Part shown: piece by piece, positions 1 to 13,296 of the stretch | How positions within the stretch are numbered: position 1 is the stretch's first letter | How the letters are laid out: the number at the start of each line of letters is the position of its first letter | From: Klebsormidium nitens | Taxonomy: Eukaryota > Plantae > Klebsormidiophyceae | Reading direction: 5' to 3' | DNA: 64,000 nt | NCBI GenBank assembly: GCA_000708835.1 | Contig: DF237468.1 | Coordinates: 1-64,000, forward strand | Made by a program: the position numbers and the translations under genes | The notes under the pieces: model-generated | Database searches by the model: none | Told to the model about the DNA's origin: nothing | Seen by the model: only the letters and a program-made list of their open reading frames with translations

Positions 1-384
1 TAGGGCGGTCACATCTACGGCTTTGAAAAAGTTCGGGCCTCCCGAAAAAGAAATGTTCGGTACCGTATAACGCCTTTCGGTCACATCATATAAGCTGGTG
101 CTTCGGGACTACCGGGACCTGACAAGGGGGAAGTACAAGAGGTATCCCGTGAAAACCGCTGATCCACTACATCTCGCCCGCGGAGGCTGTCTACCGTCGA
201 ACTTTTAGTACGGCTCCGGAAAAGTTCGGGAGTCCCGAAGTATGTTCGGGACCACCGTAGAAAAAGTCCGCGATGTTTTTCGGTAGTCCCGAAGCTGTTT
301 TTTTCACCGTCAGGGAAAAAAACTCCCCAACTTTGCAAAGTTCGGGACTACCGAGCCTCGAAAATCTTAGATGTGACCGCCCTA
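1..384. mobile_element. MITE / non-autonomous DNA transposon with perfect 17-bp terminal inverted repeats and repeated subterminal motifs
   Basis: 1-17 TAGGGCGGTCACATCTA is the exact reverse complement of 368-384 TAGATGTGACCGCCCTA. The interior carries several GTTCGGGA(CTACCG)-type motifs in both orientations and has no credible ORF. The left flank is cut by the window edge. Confidence 0.8.
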
Positions 385-1770
385 TCACCAAGGCTTGCAC
401 AGCAGCTCCATCTTTCTGATCGCGATCGAGACAGAATGATACGTTGGACTCTATCTCGGCTCCATTTTTATACTGTACCCTTTTTCAGTAGTCAGACATC
501 GACCGCCAGTCTTATACTTGTGACTATATCGACGGTTTAGATTGTCCGTTAGTTACCACTTCCTGAGGGTACACAGTTGTACGGGAATGGTGCTGATTGT
601 GCTGATCTGATCGCCGCATCGCCTGGCGGCTGGCGTAAGCATTTCTGTACGGTCAGTCGCTGGCTGTACAGACTTCAGAGAAACGGTGTGTAGCGGCTCT
701 GTGCCCGGTTTACAGGTCCCCGTATACCGGTAGCTTTCTGTAGGCTCGGCAGTACCAGTCATACTGCAGAGTAACGACCTCCGGCTCCCCTGTCTAGGTA
801 TACGAGCTTGACACTGTGCTCTCCGTGCTCTGACCCCGACCTCCTGTCCGACTCTGGAGCAGCAGAGCATACTCACGCTCAACGTTTCTGTCTGATTCGG
901 TTGCTTGACTCGAGAGTTCATGGTCCCATTGACAGCCTGCCAGGGTCTTCGATCCTTGTTTATTGCCAGGATGGGCTTTATCATGGAAAGTGCAGCAACT
1001 CTGTTCAAGAAACATATCCACAACAGTGGAAGCGGTTCATGCCGCGCCCAATCTGCTTCCGACATTATTAGTGATGACGACCATGAGGCGGAAGAGGGCG
1101 CGGCATTTGGGCACATGCACGTCGGGCAAGAGGGCCTTTGGGCACGCATTTGATTCAATGGATCGATTGCTTAGACATATGGTTCCTCGGCTGCACAAGT
1201 GTTACATGCATGTGCATGGCGCGCCTCAGCTCTCCCAGTTGGTGATGGCGTCATGACGGATTTATTCATGAAAGCAATTCGTAGCTCCTATAGTTGGGCC
1301 TAGGCTCTGCGTGTCAAAGTGCTCTCATAGCCCGCAGCAGCCCGCAAGTAATCAGTCCGTTCGCACCGATAGATAGGACGGCAGCGCTTGATGTGCGTCC
1401 GGCTCATGGTCATGTTAGGCTGCAATCCTCGTGGCCAATGCGCACGTACAATCAATACAACTACCTGCGGCCGAACTTAGTGGTGGCGTTTCAAGAGGGT
1501 CGTAGGTCGCTTGATACCTGAAGCCCCGTGGAAACCTAAATAACGCGACGGCTGCAGCAGGGCAATCCATTTGCCACATCTGACGTCCGTTGCGCCGATG
1601 GCACTCACAAGTCTAAGTTCGAGATTGCTTTGCGAGATCGAAATCCTTAGTACCACTCGAAGGCAGTGCTTCCGACTTTTAGTACGGTGCTTCCCAAGCA
1701 GGAAAACCAGCTTACACGTCAGCTACTCTATTCTTGCATGCCTAGGCCTCTTTTGGTTGGTTAGATCTTA

Positions 1771-4402
1771 TCACGAACTACTGGTTTGAAGGCCTGGAGT
1801 CCCAGTCAGTTCGGTAGTCCACAGGAGTGGCCCTTTGGCTCGGACCGATATTCGTTCGGCTTTGATTTCATTTGACGTGCTGATAAGCTCCCCAAATTGT
1901 AATGACTGTCCACCTGAAACGAGAAGACAGGACAATGTTCAATGCACTGCCACCTAAACTGCTCGAGTTCCTTTCCAAGGCCTCAGCACGCGCTTGGTCA
2001 AGAGACTCCACATGCTGGCAAGACTGTGTCGATTGTCGAAGAATCTGGCCGTTACTAGGGTGTTCGGCAGGGTCCAACCACAGACCATTAAACTCGATTC
2101 GACAAGGCTCCTGAGAAATCTAGCGACCCTGTAACAAGTTTCGACTCCTTTTTGTGATGCTTAGACTCTGCTACCTGCTCACCTAGATTCCATCGTAAGC
2201 CCGTGCTGTGTACGTCGGACACGGGCGACCCGACCGGTATTAGCGCGCAGATGGGGCCCTCAACTCCCCGATCAGGATATATCTCGTGCTCGAAGGCCTC
2301 CGGTAGTAGTAGCGCGAGGTTGCCCTTGCCCAAGAGCACGATCCGCAGGTCTCGGAACTTGTATAAGATATGGATGTTCGATAGCTGATGGTCTAGTCGG
2401 CCCCCGACCGCCCCGACCACCAAGAGCTTGGACTGCAGGCAGAGAAGGTCAGAAGCCGAGTCGGTGTTCTTGAGCACTAGATTGCGATGTTTGGTGGTCA
2501 GCGGCAGTACTCAATCGACGTTTCGATACGGCCAGATTGTTACAGACAACGTTTCTTTGCCGTGAAGCAGAGCAAATGCTCCAATCTGAATTTTTAACTC
2601 CTCCGTCATTTAGCACGCAGGGACCCGTCTGACAGGAACAATAGAAATGGCCTTGACAGGTCTCGACGTTTTTGGGGGCTTCTCAAGCTCGAACATTTCG
2701 CTGGCATCAAAGCGACGAGAAGCTTTGACAAACGAAATGTTGAGAAGATAGACTTCTGCCAGAGTTGGCCCGCTGACGGATGGCCGCTACTCACCTACGA
2801 CAGTACCTACTTGAGATTTCAGAATTTGGAGTACGAAATTACTAGTGAGTACTGTGACCACCAGATTTTCAGAAACTTTGAGTGATCCATCCTCGAGAAA
2901 GTTTTAAGGTCAATCTTTCAAGCCTTGCAGATCTCGTGACGATTGCAGAAAGAACAAGAGTATGCTCTTCTCAAATCTTCGAAAGTGTTGTCTTGCAGAC
3001 ATTGATTTCCGAAGTCCTCGAGTGGCCATTCCCAGTGACCTTTCCGAGTCACTCTTAGGAGCAAGGTCGTCTCCCCTCCAAGACAGAGGGGTTGGGCGAT
3101 AAAGATAGCGAGACACAAGCGTCGACTTCACAAAATACCTGCTGCGTTAGACTTGGATTTGCGCCCTGTGCGTATTTGATGCACTTGTGCAGGTCGGAGG
3201 TGTCCTGGTCGTGTGATAGATCGATGATCGGAACACTCTGCAGTGACACAAGAACAGCAGCGCTGAGCAATCCATGCTGACCGCTGTTCGTTTTTCAGGG
3301 ACAATGGACGAAAAAAGACTGAATTCGGCGCGCTTGCCTCAGAATCGTTGAATTCTTCTCACGAAACCTTGATAATGATCTACCAACCAACTGCAGCAAG
3401 CAGACTCCAGCTTAAATCAGAAACTCACATTCTGAGTGTAGAAGTCCCGCACGTCTGGTCGCAACGAGTCAAGGTCGCCGACGATTGCATCTGGAATGTA
3501 TCTGTAAGAGGGTAGTAAGCAAGCATGTTAGTAATTTTCATCCCACGGATCTTAAAAGCACTCATCTGGAGATGCATATGCAGAATCACTACCAAGACTT
3601 ACTCTAAATACCCACAAGCTGTAGTGGACTTTGCCTTCTTCCGGTTAGGTCAGAACCGACTCAAAAGTTGATCATGTGTGACTGGACTAGTGACCACAGG
3701 CTCTCTAAAGGTAAAGGGACAAGTGCCTGCTCTGGGATCAAGGAGAAGACTGGATGTTGGTTGCTATCCTCGACACCCCTGTCAGGATGCAGGGGAAAAA
3801 GGAAAAAGCCATCAAGCACTTGGCAGCGATTCCAAAGTTTTCAGAAGGCATTCTGATGGTGCATTATCTGCTGCGCACCTTGCTCGAACGGCTGACTCTT
3901 CTTCTTCCTGAAAGATGCGGGGAAGCTCGTCGTATATCCGGTTTGCACCACCGTCTGCACAGACTCGTAATCTGCCTGCAGATGAAGTACACATTGAGGC
4001 ACCCAAGGAGCCAATGATTGCTACACACTTTCTTCCTCATCAATTGACTAGCGCCAAAGAAGGCCTCATGAACAACCGCACCCACAATGACTACCCCTAT
4101 GTTGATCATGACCATACAAATCATAGAGAGGAGAAGTAGAGTATCCAAGGTGGCTTGCAACAGCGTCCCAAGTTGAATTGGAACAGCGTGCTCTGAAAGG
4201 CTTCGCTTGATGCTACAATCCATGCACGTCAGAAAATTATTGTTGCGAAGAAAGTGGTGGCGCATCAACACTTACTCTGTTCCCAAAGGAGAGGAACGAA
4301 GGACGGCAGGCTGTAATTCAGGACTATCAGCACGTGATCCTGGTTCACTTGCTTGGTGGCCTTGAAGAAGTCGCTTCTATGTTCCAGGGTCGGTTTAGTC
4401 AT
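1771..4402 (-). CDS. TPK1: Thiamine pyrophosphokinase, 6 exons (4402-4276, 3975-3879, 3501-3429, 3237-3139, 2432-2183, 1913-1771)
   Basis: Spliced translation has TPK motifs: LIVLN, RVCADGGANR, PDAIVGDLDS, HDQDTSDLHKC, GAVGGRLDHQLSN, STGLRWNL, FGELISTSN, LLWT. GT-AG junctions are phase-compatible. Confidence 0.93.
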
Positions 4403-5434
4403 AGCCGATATATGTCGCACCTGCTTACGAACGGCGCTCTTCCTGTCTGTCACTGCAGCAGATAGTTCATTGCCTAGTGATATAGATTGCAATCTTGGGT
4501 GGTGGCTATTCGACCGATTGGTACCAAGGGTGTTGAAGAGTGCAGAGGTATGCCTAAGTCCCCTTCTGAGAATCAAATGCAATGATTGTTGTGACCAGAT
4601 CCCTTGCGCATGCGGCTGTTCTAGAAAATTCGAAGTCCTGTCTTCCAATGCAAGTGGTAGGCGTCTAAGGCGGCCGCAATGCCGCAGACCTGACAGCATG
4701 AGAAATCTTCGGTGCACTTTTGACCGTCAAGTTGGTCACCGCTGGCACGTCAGGAACATTTTCGAAGGCACCTTAGAGAGAACTTTTCCAAGAGCAGATT
4801 GCTCACAGGCAACGTCTGCTGGCGCTGTCCTCCTTGATTCCCCTTCTCCTCGCGCGCAGAGAAGGCTCTTTGATTTACACCAGGTGCCAGCTTGGCACTG
4901 GTTCCACCTGGAGGTGGTTCAACAAAGCAAAGCCCTGGAGTTACTGCTAACCCATTTGCAAACTGAGGGTTTATCCCATGCTTGCTCCTTCCCCGGGCTC
5001 CAGCTCTGGCCCGTCAGTCGCGTGCTCGTTGCATTTCTCCTGCCCGGGGACGCCGCTGGGTTGCAAACCCTTGGTTCGCAAACCCCGCATAGTGATTTGA
5101 GAAGTGTCCATTGAGAGCGCTGCATAGGGCAGAGTTCAAACCCTAATTTTGCAGCTGGACCCGAGCATGCGAGCTGTGAAGCAAGGCCATGGAACAGCAG
5201 AAGCAGCTATAAAAGGTAGTGCTGGGTATTGCCAGCTTTCAATCAACGATTTGAAAGGGCTTTTGAAGCACGGGATTTTGCAGGAAGTTGAAGCATTGAA
5301 GGAGCCAGCAGCACGGTTGAGATGTTCTGAGTACTGCAACATGGTGCCAGCGTCAATCTAGCAGCTTACACGCTGAGAATCATGAATGCGAGCTGAGAAG
5401 CAGAAGCATTTAACCTCCACTGATTGCAGACACC

Positions 5435-8400
5435 ATGGCTGCTCCACTGGAGGATGACGCAGTTCGCATCAGCATCTATCTTAGAGTCCGGCCTGTCACA
5501 AATCCTGCCTCCAAGGTGGAGATTGAGGCAGACGAAGGCCAGGTCGCCTTCACCTTACCACGCGATGCAGCTGGTGGATACGTCAACAACTCCAGGGAAA
5601 ATTATGCATTCAAGTTTGATGGCATCTTTGATGCGGAGGCCAAACAGGTGTGGAGCTCAGCGCAGTAATGTCAGGGCATATTACATTGCGTAATTCAAGC
5701 TCATATTGAACGGATATTCTATTGGTCACATGTGAGGAGACAAAATGTAGATTAATGGCCTACTCAAAGCCAGCTTTAAAAAAAACAGAGCACAGGAGTG
5801 GTGCAATCAGCTGATTGCAGCACCTCAGCTACCTGCAGGTGCCTGAAGGATGTCTTTCATGTCATTTCACGGTCACGTTCAATTTTCTGCCGAGGTTCAT
5901 CATCAGAGACCAGCTGCAGCTATGTAACTTGCAAAGTTGCAAGATATCAAGCGGTCTGTGGTTGCCCACTAGAGAAGCTAACATTCTTCGGGCCAGCGAG
6001 GGGACAGTCGCCCGCTATTCAACTCAGAGCTCAGAGGCAGCTGAATCGCTCACTTCTTGTTGTCCTTCATCTTAATGTACACTACTCTTCACATCGAGTT
6101 GTCTTCGAGAATTTTTGACGCTTGCTTGTCTGCAGAGCCAAGGGTCGCTCACTTTGCAATAAAAAGCAAAGGCGTGCCCGCAAGATGTCTCCTCGATCAG
6201 ATTGGTAAGAAGTGTTGTTCGCCAACCCATCCTGACTTTCAAAAATCTTCCCCACTTTGACCAGACGAGGTTTTCACTCGGCTATGACCCCCTCACAAGG
6301 TGCACCTCTCCTCTGAAAGCAAGACTACCGTCATGACGAAGCTTGATCAAGCGTGGTTTTTCTCTGTGCTCCTTTCAGGACGTCATCTTTGAGCGCACCT
6401 CCCACAAGGTGGTCGTCGGCGCTTTGGACGGGATCAACGGCACCATCTTTGCCTACGGACAGACTGGATCCGGCAAGACTTTCACCATCACCGGAGGCGC
6501 CACCCGTTACGCCGACCGAGGAATCATCCCGCGAGCAATCAGCCTCATCTTCAAGGAGCTGAGTCAGCGGAGCGACTGGACATACACCGTGCACTTCAGC
6601 TACCTTGAGATCTACAATGAGCAGGGGTATGATTTGTTGGATCCAACGCATGAAGATTCGAAATCGTTGGAAGATCTGCCGAAGGTCACGCTTATGGAGG
6701 ATGAGGATAAGCAGATTCATCTGCGCAACTTGTCGGCGCACCCCGCCTCGTAAGTACCCGTACTGCTCCTGAATGTCAAATCTTGTTTTTGAATGTTTCG
6801 GCTGTAGAATCTGGCAATTCAGCTCCTATTCTTCTTGTACCTTCCACTCCCCAAAGACAGGCCGACCATGCACCTCATGGGATATATCTTGGCCCCGAAG
6901 TTGACTGCGAAGGCATGCAGAAACTATTCTCGAAAGAAGACTTATGAGAGCTCATCCAATTGTAACCGCTTCAGCTGAACACACCCATCATCTGCTAGCA
7001 GGCGGCACCATGACAAATAGTTGAGCTTGTTTGGTCCGAAGTTGGCCCTGTCGAGTCAAGGGTAGATTTCGTGTACACTTAGGCAACTGGGTTCGATGAC
7101 AGGTGTGTTTCACGGTCGCCTTCTTTCGCACGCAATTTCCTCTTAGTATAAAGAAGAGATTGTGAGTCTTCTCTCCTTCGGCGAAACCAACGACGCTCAT
7201 CAACCAACGCCTTATACCTTATCCGTGCTTTTTCCAGGAACGAAGAGGAGGCCCTCAACCTGCTCTTCCTCGGCGATACCAACCGCATGATCAGCGCTAC
7301 GCCCATGAACCAAGCCTCAACCCGGGGGCACTGCATTTTCACGGCCAGCATTGAGGCGCGGAAAGCGGGGCACGACATGGTTCGACGTTCGAAACTGCAT
7401 CTGGTCGATCTGGCCGGGTCCGAGAGGGTCAGCAAGACGCACGTGGATGGACTCATTCTCAAGGAGGCCAAGTATATTAACCTGTCGCTACACTTCCTGG
7501 AACAGGTAAGGGGGTTCTTTCTTTCTGGGCCGGGGCCTTGCTTCGGCGAATGTAATGTTGCGCCCGAAAAGACGCGAGTATCCATCCGCAAGCTGAGAGC
7601 TGCTCCGCTTTCGACCAGTTGAGAGACCAAGCCAAGAGGATCCAACGTGAAATTTTTTCGTCTCACAAGTGCATCTGGCGCGGAATGCATGCCGTAAGGA
7701 CGCAGATTGAAGGACGGGGCAGGAGCTCTGACGGTCTCTACTGCTCGAAAGAACGCCTCCACTCCCTCTGTCTTCCTGCCCGTACATACCGTAAATACTC
7801 GCGTTTTCGCCTCTGTGCTGAACCCCATCTAGCCGTGAGTCGTTTCCAACCTCGCATGCAGACCCAACTTCGAAACAAGACTCAATGCAAAGTCAGGCTC
7901 AACCTTTTAGCCAAATTGGACCCGTCGTCAAAGCCAAATTGAAAACCCAGTTTCAGTCTATGATCGAGATTTGATTTCATATCCATCCCGCCCCCAGGTG
8001 ATCGTGGCGCTGCAGGAGCGCAGCCAGGGCAAGGCGCGCAGCCACGTGCCTTACCGCAACTCCATGATGACGTCAGTGCTGCGCGACAGCCTGGGCGGGA
8101 ACTGCCGCACCGTCATGATTGCCACTGTGAACACGTCAGCAGAGCAACTAGAGGAGACCATCTCGACGTGCCGCTTCGCGCAGCGGGTAGCTCAGATCTC
8201 GAACCAGGTTTACGTTAACGAGGAGCTTGACCCGGTGCTGGTCATCCGGCGGCTCAAGCAGGAGATAAGGGACCTCAAGGTGAGTTATGCGACGGGTCCT
8301 GAGAATGCTCAAGTGGTTTCTTCTTGTTCTTTGTGTGTGTGGCAACCTCGCACGAGCAATTTTGTTATGTCATATGCTTGACTATGAACAGAGAAGCAGA

Positions 8401-11400
8401 TCGATCGGTTTTGCAAAATATCTTCTTCGAGATGAGGTTTTAAAGGTGCAGGGCGGCTGTTGAGGGCAACTCAAATACTCAATCTTAAGGCAAATACTAT
8501 CTTCTGGCCAATTGCCGCACTTTTGCCCGCTCAAAGTTCTTAAAGCACAATCGAACGGCTAAGATTATCTCGATTTGGACGGTCCGCAGGAGGAACTGCG
8601 GCTACTCAAGGGCGACGATGCGGACCGGGGTCCCATCACCGAGAGCGAGATCGAGCAGATTGGGAAGCAAATCGAACGATACGTCCAAGACCCGTCTCCC
8701 GAGGCTGCTTTAAATGTTGGCACAAGTATGATGCACATACGGGCAGCGTTTGAGCTTTTCAAGAAGTTGTGCAAGGACCGGAAAGTGGAGAAGCGTGCCG
8801 CGGCCGCGGGCGCGCCGAACCCCGAATTCGCAAAAGGGGTTAGCGGGAGGATTGCGGTTAACGGGACGGTTCCGGAGAGTAAGGAGCGGGTTCCGGAGGC
8901 GACGGCGGCGGAAGCGGAAGAGGTGAAGAAGCTGCGGCTGCAATTGAAACAGAGGGATAACGAAGTGAACATTTTGGTGGCGATGTTGAAGGGACGAGGA
9001 GTGGACGGAGCAGAGGCCTTGTTACAATCGAGGACACACGCCCCTGAGGCTACGGAGGCGCAGTCAAAAGCGACAAAGCCCCCGACAGGGCCTCTCTCGG
9101 AGCCGGTCGCGAGTCCGACCGGAACCGAACGGAACGGAGCGGAAAAGGCGGGGCGCGGCGGGGTGTCGAGCGTCGCGGCCGCGCTGATCAAAGCGCGCGC
9201 GACGAGCCCGACGAAAGGGGCAATTCCCGAAGCAAGCGCGCGCGCGACAGGGGCGGCTTCCGACGAGAGCGCGCGCGCGCCGGCTCAGGACTTGAGCCTG
9301 GGCCTGCTGGCGGACCGAAACAAGGCGTTTGAGATGTGAGTAGATGACGTTGCGTAGTTAAGGCTGACTGAAAGCAGCTTGCCACGTTACTTTTTTTGTG
9401 CTCGCCGAACCAAACAGAGAGGCCGCTCTGGGTGACGCCAGCAGAAACTGTGAAAGCTGCGAGGAGCTTGTTGGATCCCCGTCGTTAGCCGCTGCGTAAC
9501 TGATCGATATGGTCATTCATCGACTCCTTTGGTGTTCGTATGAAAGAGCTCTTTCCTCTCTTGATATCCCTTTTGTGGACCCTAAACTCCATTAAAACCA
9601 AGACCAAAGCGGCGCACAATAAGAACTGTTCTTAATCTATCCGTCAGAAAGGTCTCAGAAGATTCTTGTGATTGCGATGACGCAATGTGAAAAACGGAGA
9701 GTCCCAGACGTTCTACAATTGTGCCACACGTCCCTAACTTTCAGCTGTTCCGGCCGCAGGTTCCGCAAGAGCTACCGGAAGAACGAGGTGATCGAGGAGA
9801 ACAAGGCTATTCTGAAGGCCAAGTACACGGAGGCGAAAGCGCTCGGGGAGACCGTAAATGCCGCCCGGGAGGTGAGCCGTCACACTTCGCGACACTTTAG
9901 GAATGATGAGCTTCAGGAATAGTAAGCTTCAAGAATAATAAGCTTCAAGAATAAAAAGGTTCAAGGAAAGTAAGCTCAAACCAAACACTAAATCTCAAAC
10001 AAGAACAGGTACCTGCTCCGCACCCGTACCCACCCTAACCCCCAAACTAACCCTACCCGTTCCAGGCTGGTGATCTTACTATTCCTTAAAGCTTACCAGT
10101 CCTAAAGTGTCATTGCTTAGCCGTTACGTATAAAGAGCTGCACCCGTTCAAAGTTTGTCTGTTTATAGGATCAGGTGCTCTGAAAATAGTCTCATGGTGC
10201 CCTCGCAGGCACTCGCACTGCCGCACTTCTCCTCTAAAAAAAAACCGCCGCAGTCATACCCGGTCTACATGCGGGGCATCCATCGTCTTCAGCACAGTCC
10301 TTGAGCCCTATGTTTCGTTCTTGCTTCTTCAGCTACTTCGGTCATCGCGTGGCCTAGGTCCGTGCTACTTCAGAGTCCGACTGCAAATCTCCCCACCTCG
10401 CAGCACAGTACATTCCCTAGTCGGGTATCGAGCAAACGCCCGTCTCTTTTTTCAAAACAATTCCTTAATGCACCAAATCGCGAGACGGTTAACAAGGGTA
10501 AACAGACGGTTAACAGACGGTTATGAAACCCTCTCCCGACCCTTCTTCCTTCCGCAGCACATCAACGGCCTCAAGTCGCGCATCGAGCAGCGCCGCATGA
10601 AGCGCGCGATGGCCGCGGTCGCGGACGGGGGGGATCCCTCCGCGCTGCCGCCCGACCCGGAGGAAGAGGCGCTGAAGCACGAGATCGACGAGCACAAGGG
10701 GACGTACAAGGACGGGTTTGCGCGGTTGAGGGATCTCAAGAAGGAGATCGAGCACCTGCAGATGATCCTGGAACAGAGCCGGGTTCGGCTACAGGTGAGC
10801 GACGCGGCTGTGCGCTTTGTCAACGACTATTTATATTTTTCGTAGATAACAAAACGACACTAGTGTACGTCAATGCACAAGAAGCGTGGAGTCGACCTTT
10901 GAGTCTGTCCCAGAAGCGAACTTCCCGTGGAGTAGCCAGCGCCCCGTATCTCGGGAGCAAACGAAAGAAATGCATTCTTTAGTTCAGCTTCTAACCAATT
11001 GCAGAGGAAGGAGCAAGACATTCAAGCTCGGAGTTCACAAGCAATCGCACCCGGTCTCAAGGCGAACGTCTTTGTTAATCTGTAACGCGTCGTTGGCATA
11101 CAGGAGTCGACTTGATTGCGATCGCAATTCCCTTTCGTCTAAGGAGCTACACTCGTTGCTCGGCGAACTGTAGCTGCGTCGCGCTTGGGAAGCCTTCCCT
11201 GTTTTTACGTTTCGTCTTTGGACTCGCATCTTGTCTGCTGAAGGAATCAAGTAGTACATGAGACATTACCAGATCACAAAAAAAAGAAGCAGAACAGAGA
11301 GTACTTCATCAAGGATCTGCTCCATGTGCTTAGACCTTCGGTTAAGTTGTTCTGAGCATTTGGACCTGGTTTTCCATGTCAATCAGTTCTACCCACGCAG

Positions 11401-12357
11401 AGCAGATTCCAGTTGCACTTCAGTACCAGCTGCAAAATAGTTTTCGCCGCTGGCCGACTGTGAGTAGATACGAAAACTACGAGCAGCAGGAATACATGAG
11501 TCATTACCAGGCACTATTTCGACCAAAAACACTTGAACAGAAAGGAACCCTTTTCTCTTTCGCAGGCCGACTTCGAGCAGTGGCTCAACATCATGGCGCG
11601 TCAGCAGCAGCCCGGCGCCCACACCGCGGCCCGGCCAACGTCGCCCCTAGGCGAATCCAACGCTAACCTGCTTGGCAATTCGCGCGAGCCGGCCGCGAGC
11701 CTTCGCTCTACAAAGGCCGCCCGCGCGGACGTCGGCGCCCCCGACGAGCGCGCGGAGCGCGCGTCGCGGCCGCTCAGCGCACCGAACCGGTCCGCACGAG
11801 AGAAAAAAGAGGCCCCTTTCGTGGGCGATGATAGTAGAAGAAGGGACGGGGCGCTGAGCCCAAGCCCGGTGGAAAGCCCCGGGCAGTCGTTCGCGCGCGC
11901 ACCGAGGAGCGCTTGGGGCGCTGGCGGGTCCGCCGCCAGCACGCCGTCGGCTTTTCAGGCTTCGGACGTGGCGTCGCCCGCGTCTTCGGCTGCTTTCTCG
12001 CCATCCAGTTTCCCTGCGGCAAGGGCGCACGAAAATCAGGAAGCGCCGCAGAGTAGCAGGTTTGACCGACGCAAAGATGCGGGCTCTACGCTAGATGGAT
12101 CGGGGGATAGAAATAGTTCCGGGGCCGGGCCAGGCAGGAGGAGAGAGCCTGGAGCGGATTCCGCTACGGACCAGAACGGAAGGCCCTTGTCTCCCAGTAC
12201 GCAGTGGGCGGTCCAGCGCGCGGCGCCGATCCTGACGGGAAACGCGGAGGCGGACGCGGACATCATCGCGTTCTATAAGGCGCGCGAGAAGCTGCTAAGT
12301 AACGCGCGCCTATCTGGGACGGCCGCGCCGCAAAGCGCGCAAGGTGGCAGACAATGA
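5435..12357 (+). CDS. KIF6: Kinesin-9 (KIF6-like) motor protein, 8 exons (5435-5647, 6379-6749, 7238-7505, 7998-8279, 8590-9335, 9760-9871, 10558-10794, 11566-12357)
   Basis: P-loop FAYGQTGSGKT, switch I NQASTRGHCIF, switch II LVDLAGSER, HVPYRNSMMTSVLRDSLGGNCRT, coiled-coil stalk and C-terminal ADADIIAFYKAREKLL, which I recall as typical of KIF6/kinesin-9. Confidence 0.9.
9921..9985. repeat. Short intronic tandem repeat (~15-bp unit AAGCTTCAAGAATA, about 4 degenerate copies)
   Basis: Reads AATAGTAAGCTTCAAGAATAATAAGCTTCAAGAATAAAAAGGTTCAAGGAAAGTAAGCTCAAA, in kinesin intron 6. Confidence 0.6.
10011..10065 (+). repeat. Dispersed intronic repeat family, copy 1
   Basis: ACCTGCTCCGCACCCGTACCCACCCTAACCCCCAAACTAACCCTACCCGTTCCAG; homologous to 33468-33526, 36424-36479, 43214-43278 (-) and 30532-30566 (-). 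Confidence 0.75.
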
Positions 12358-13296
12358 GGACGCCTTGTGTACCGTACCGCGTCGGGTCCTTAGGTTTCCC
12401 GAGTGAGAAAGTAATTGGAAGATCCCAAGTCCACTCTGAAAGTCTTGAGTAGTGTCCGTTGAAAACAAGACGAAAACAAAAATACAAGTTCATTCTCTGG
12501 TAACGAATTCGTTGTACTGATCAATGTCAGAATGTAGCTCACATCAAGCCTTTCAAATGCCGATCACAACCAGCAGCTCCGCGCCAGCGGATGCTCTCAT
12601 GTGTAAACGGCATGCATGACGGTAGCACGCCTCCGGCAAAATGAACTTATACGGTGGATCAGCTGATGCTCTGCTTTAACGACCTTCTCAAAATAGTGAA
12701 GAACGGTCATCAGCTTATCAACACTGCAAGCTTCTGGTCCAGATTAGAAATGCAATCTCACCCGGAGGCTTCACGTCCACCGGCTGGAAGCTGTCCCTCA
12801 CGATGAGGTCATTGATTTTCGTTGGGGCAAAATTTAAGGAGGCTAACTAGCTCTAGCCTGGCACACTTACGCAAATCCCGCGTTGCAGCCAAGTGCAGCC
12901 GCTCAAAGCAATTAGACCCGCGTCTTAGCGGGTCAGATAAATTACCACCTTCAAGTCGATCATGCATGTGTCGTACGGGAGTTGGGGCTTGCACTCCACG
13001 ATAATCGAACGGGCTTACAAGCATGGCTGGATGGATAAATGTCTGAATGTAACAAATCAGGCTACTCTGTAGAATTTGCGGCTCTAGTTTTTCCTGCTCA
13101 TTATCCACGTGCTTCCGTAACTAAATCTGCTACTTACCCATCTGTGTGCATCGGTCTACGTACTAAACCAAGGCCCTTCGCACCACTGGGGGGGACGCTA
13201 TTTGAGTAGAAGTTCTCAGATGCACGTTCTGAAGGTGCATACCCGAACTAAGTTTGAGCAACAAAACTCCTTCCATGAAGCAAGCTTGTACGAATC

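Noticed and set aside
552-1153. Exon-like segments and an 82-aa ORF (905-1153) as a gene
   Set aside because: I could not build a phase-consistent spliced model, and there is no recognisable motif.
4353-5114. 253-aa + strand ORF
   Set aside because: It overlaps TPK exon 1 antisense and the divergent promoter, starts at GTG and has no recognisable domain; likely a shadow ORF.
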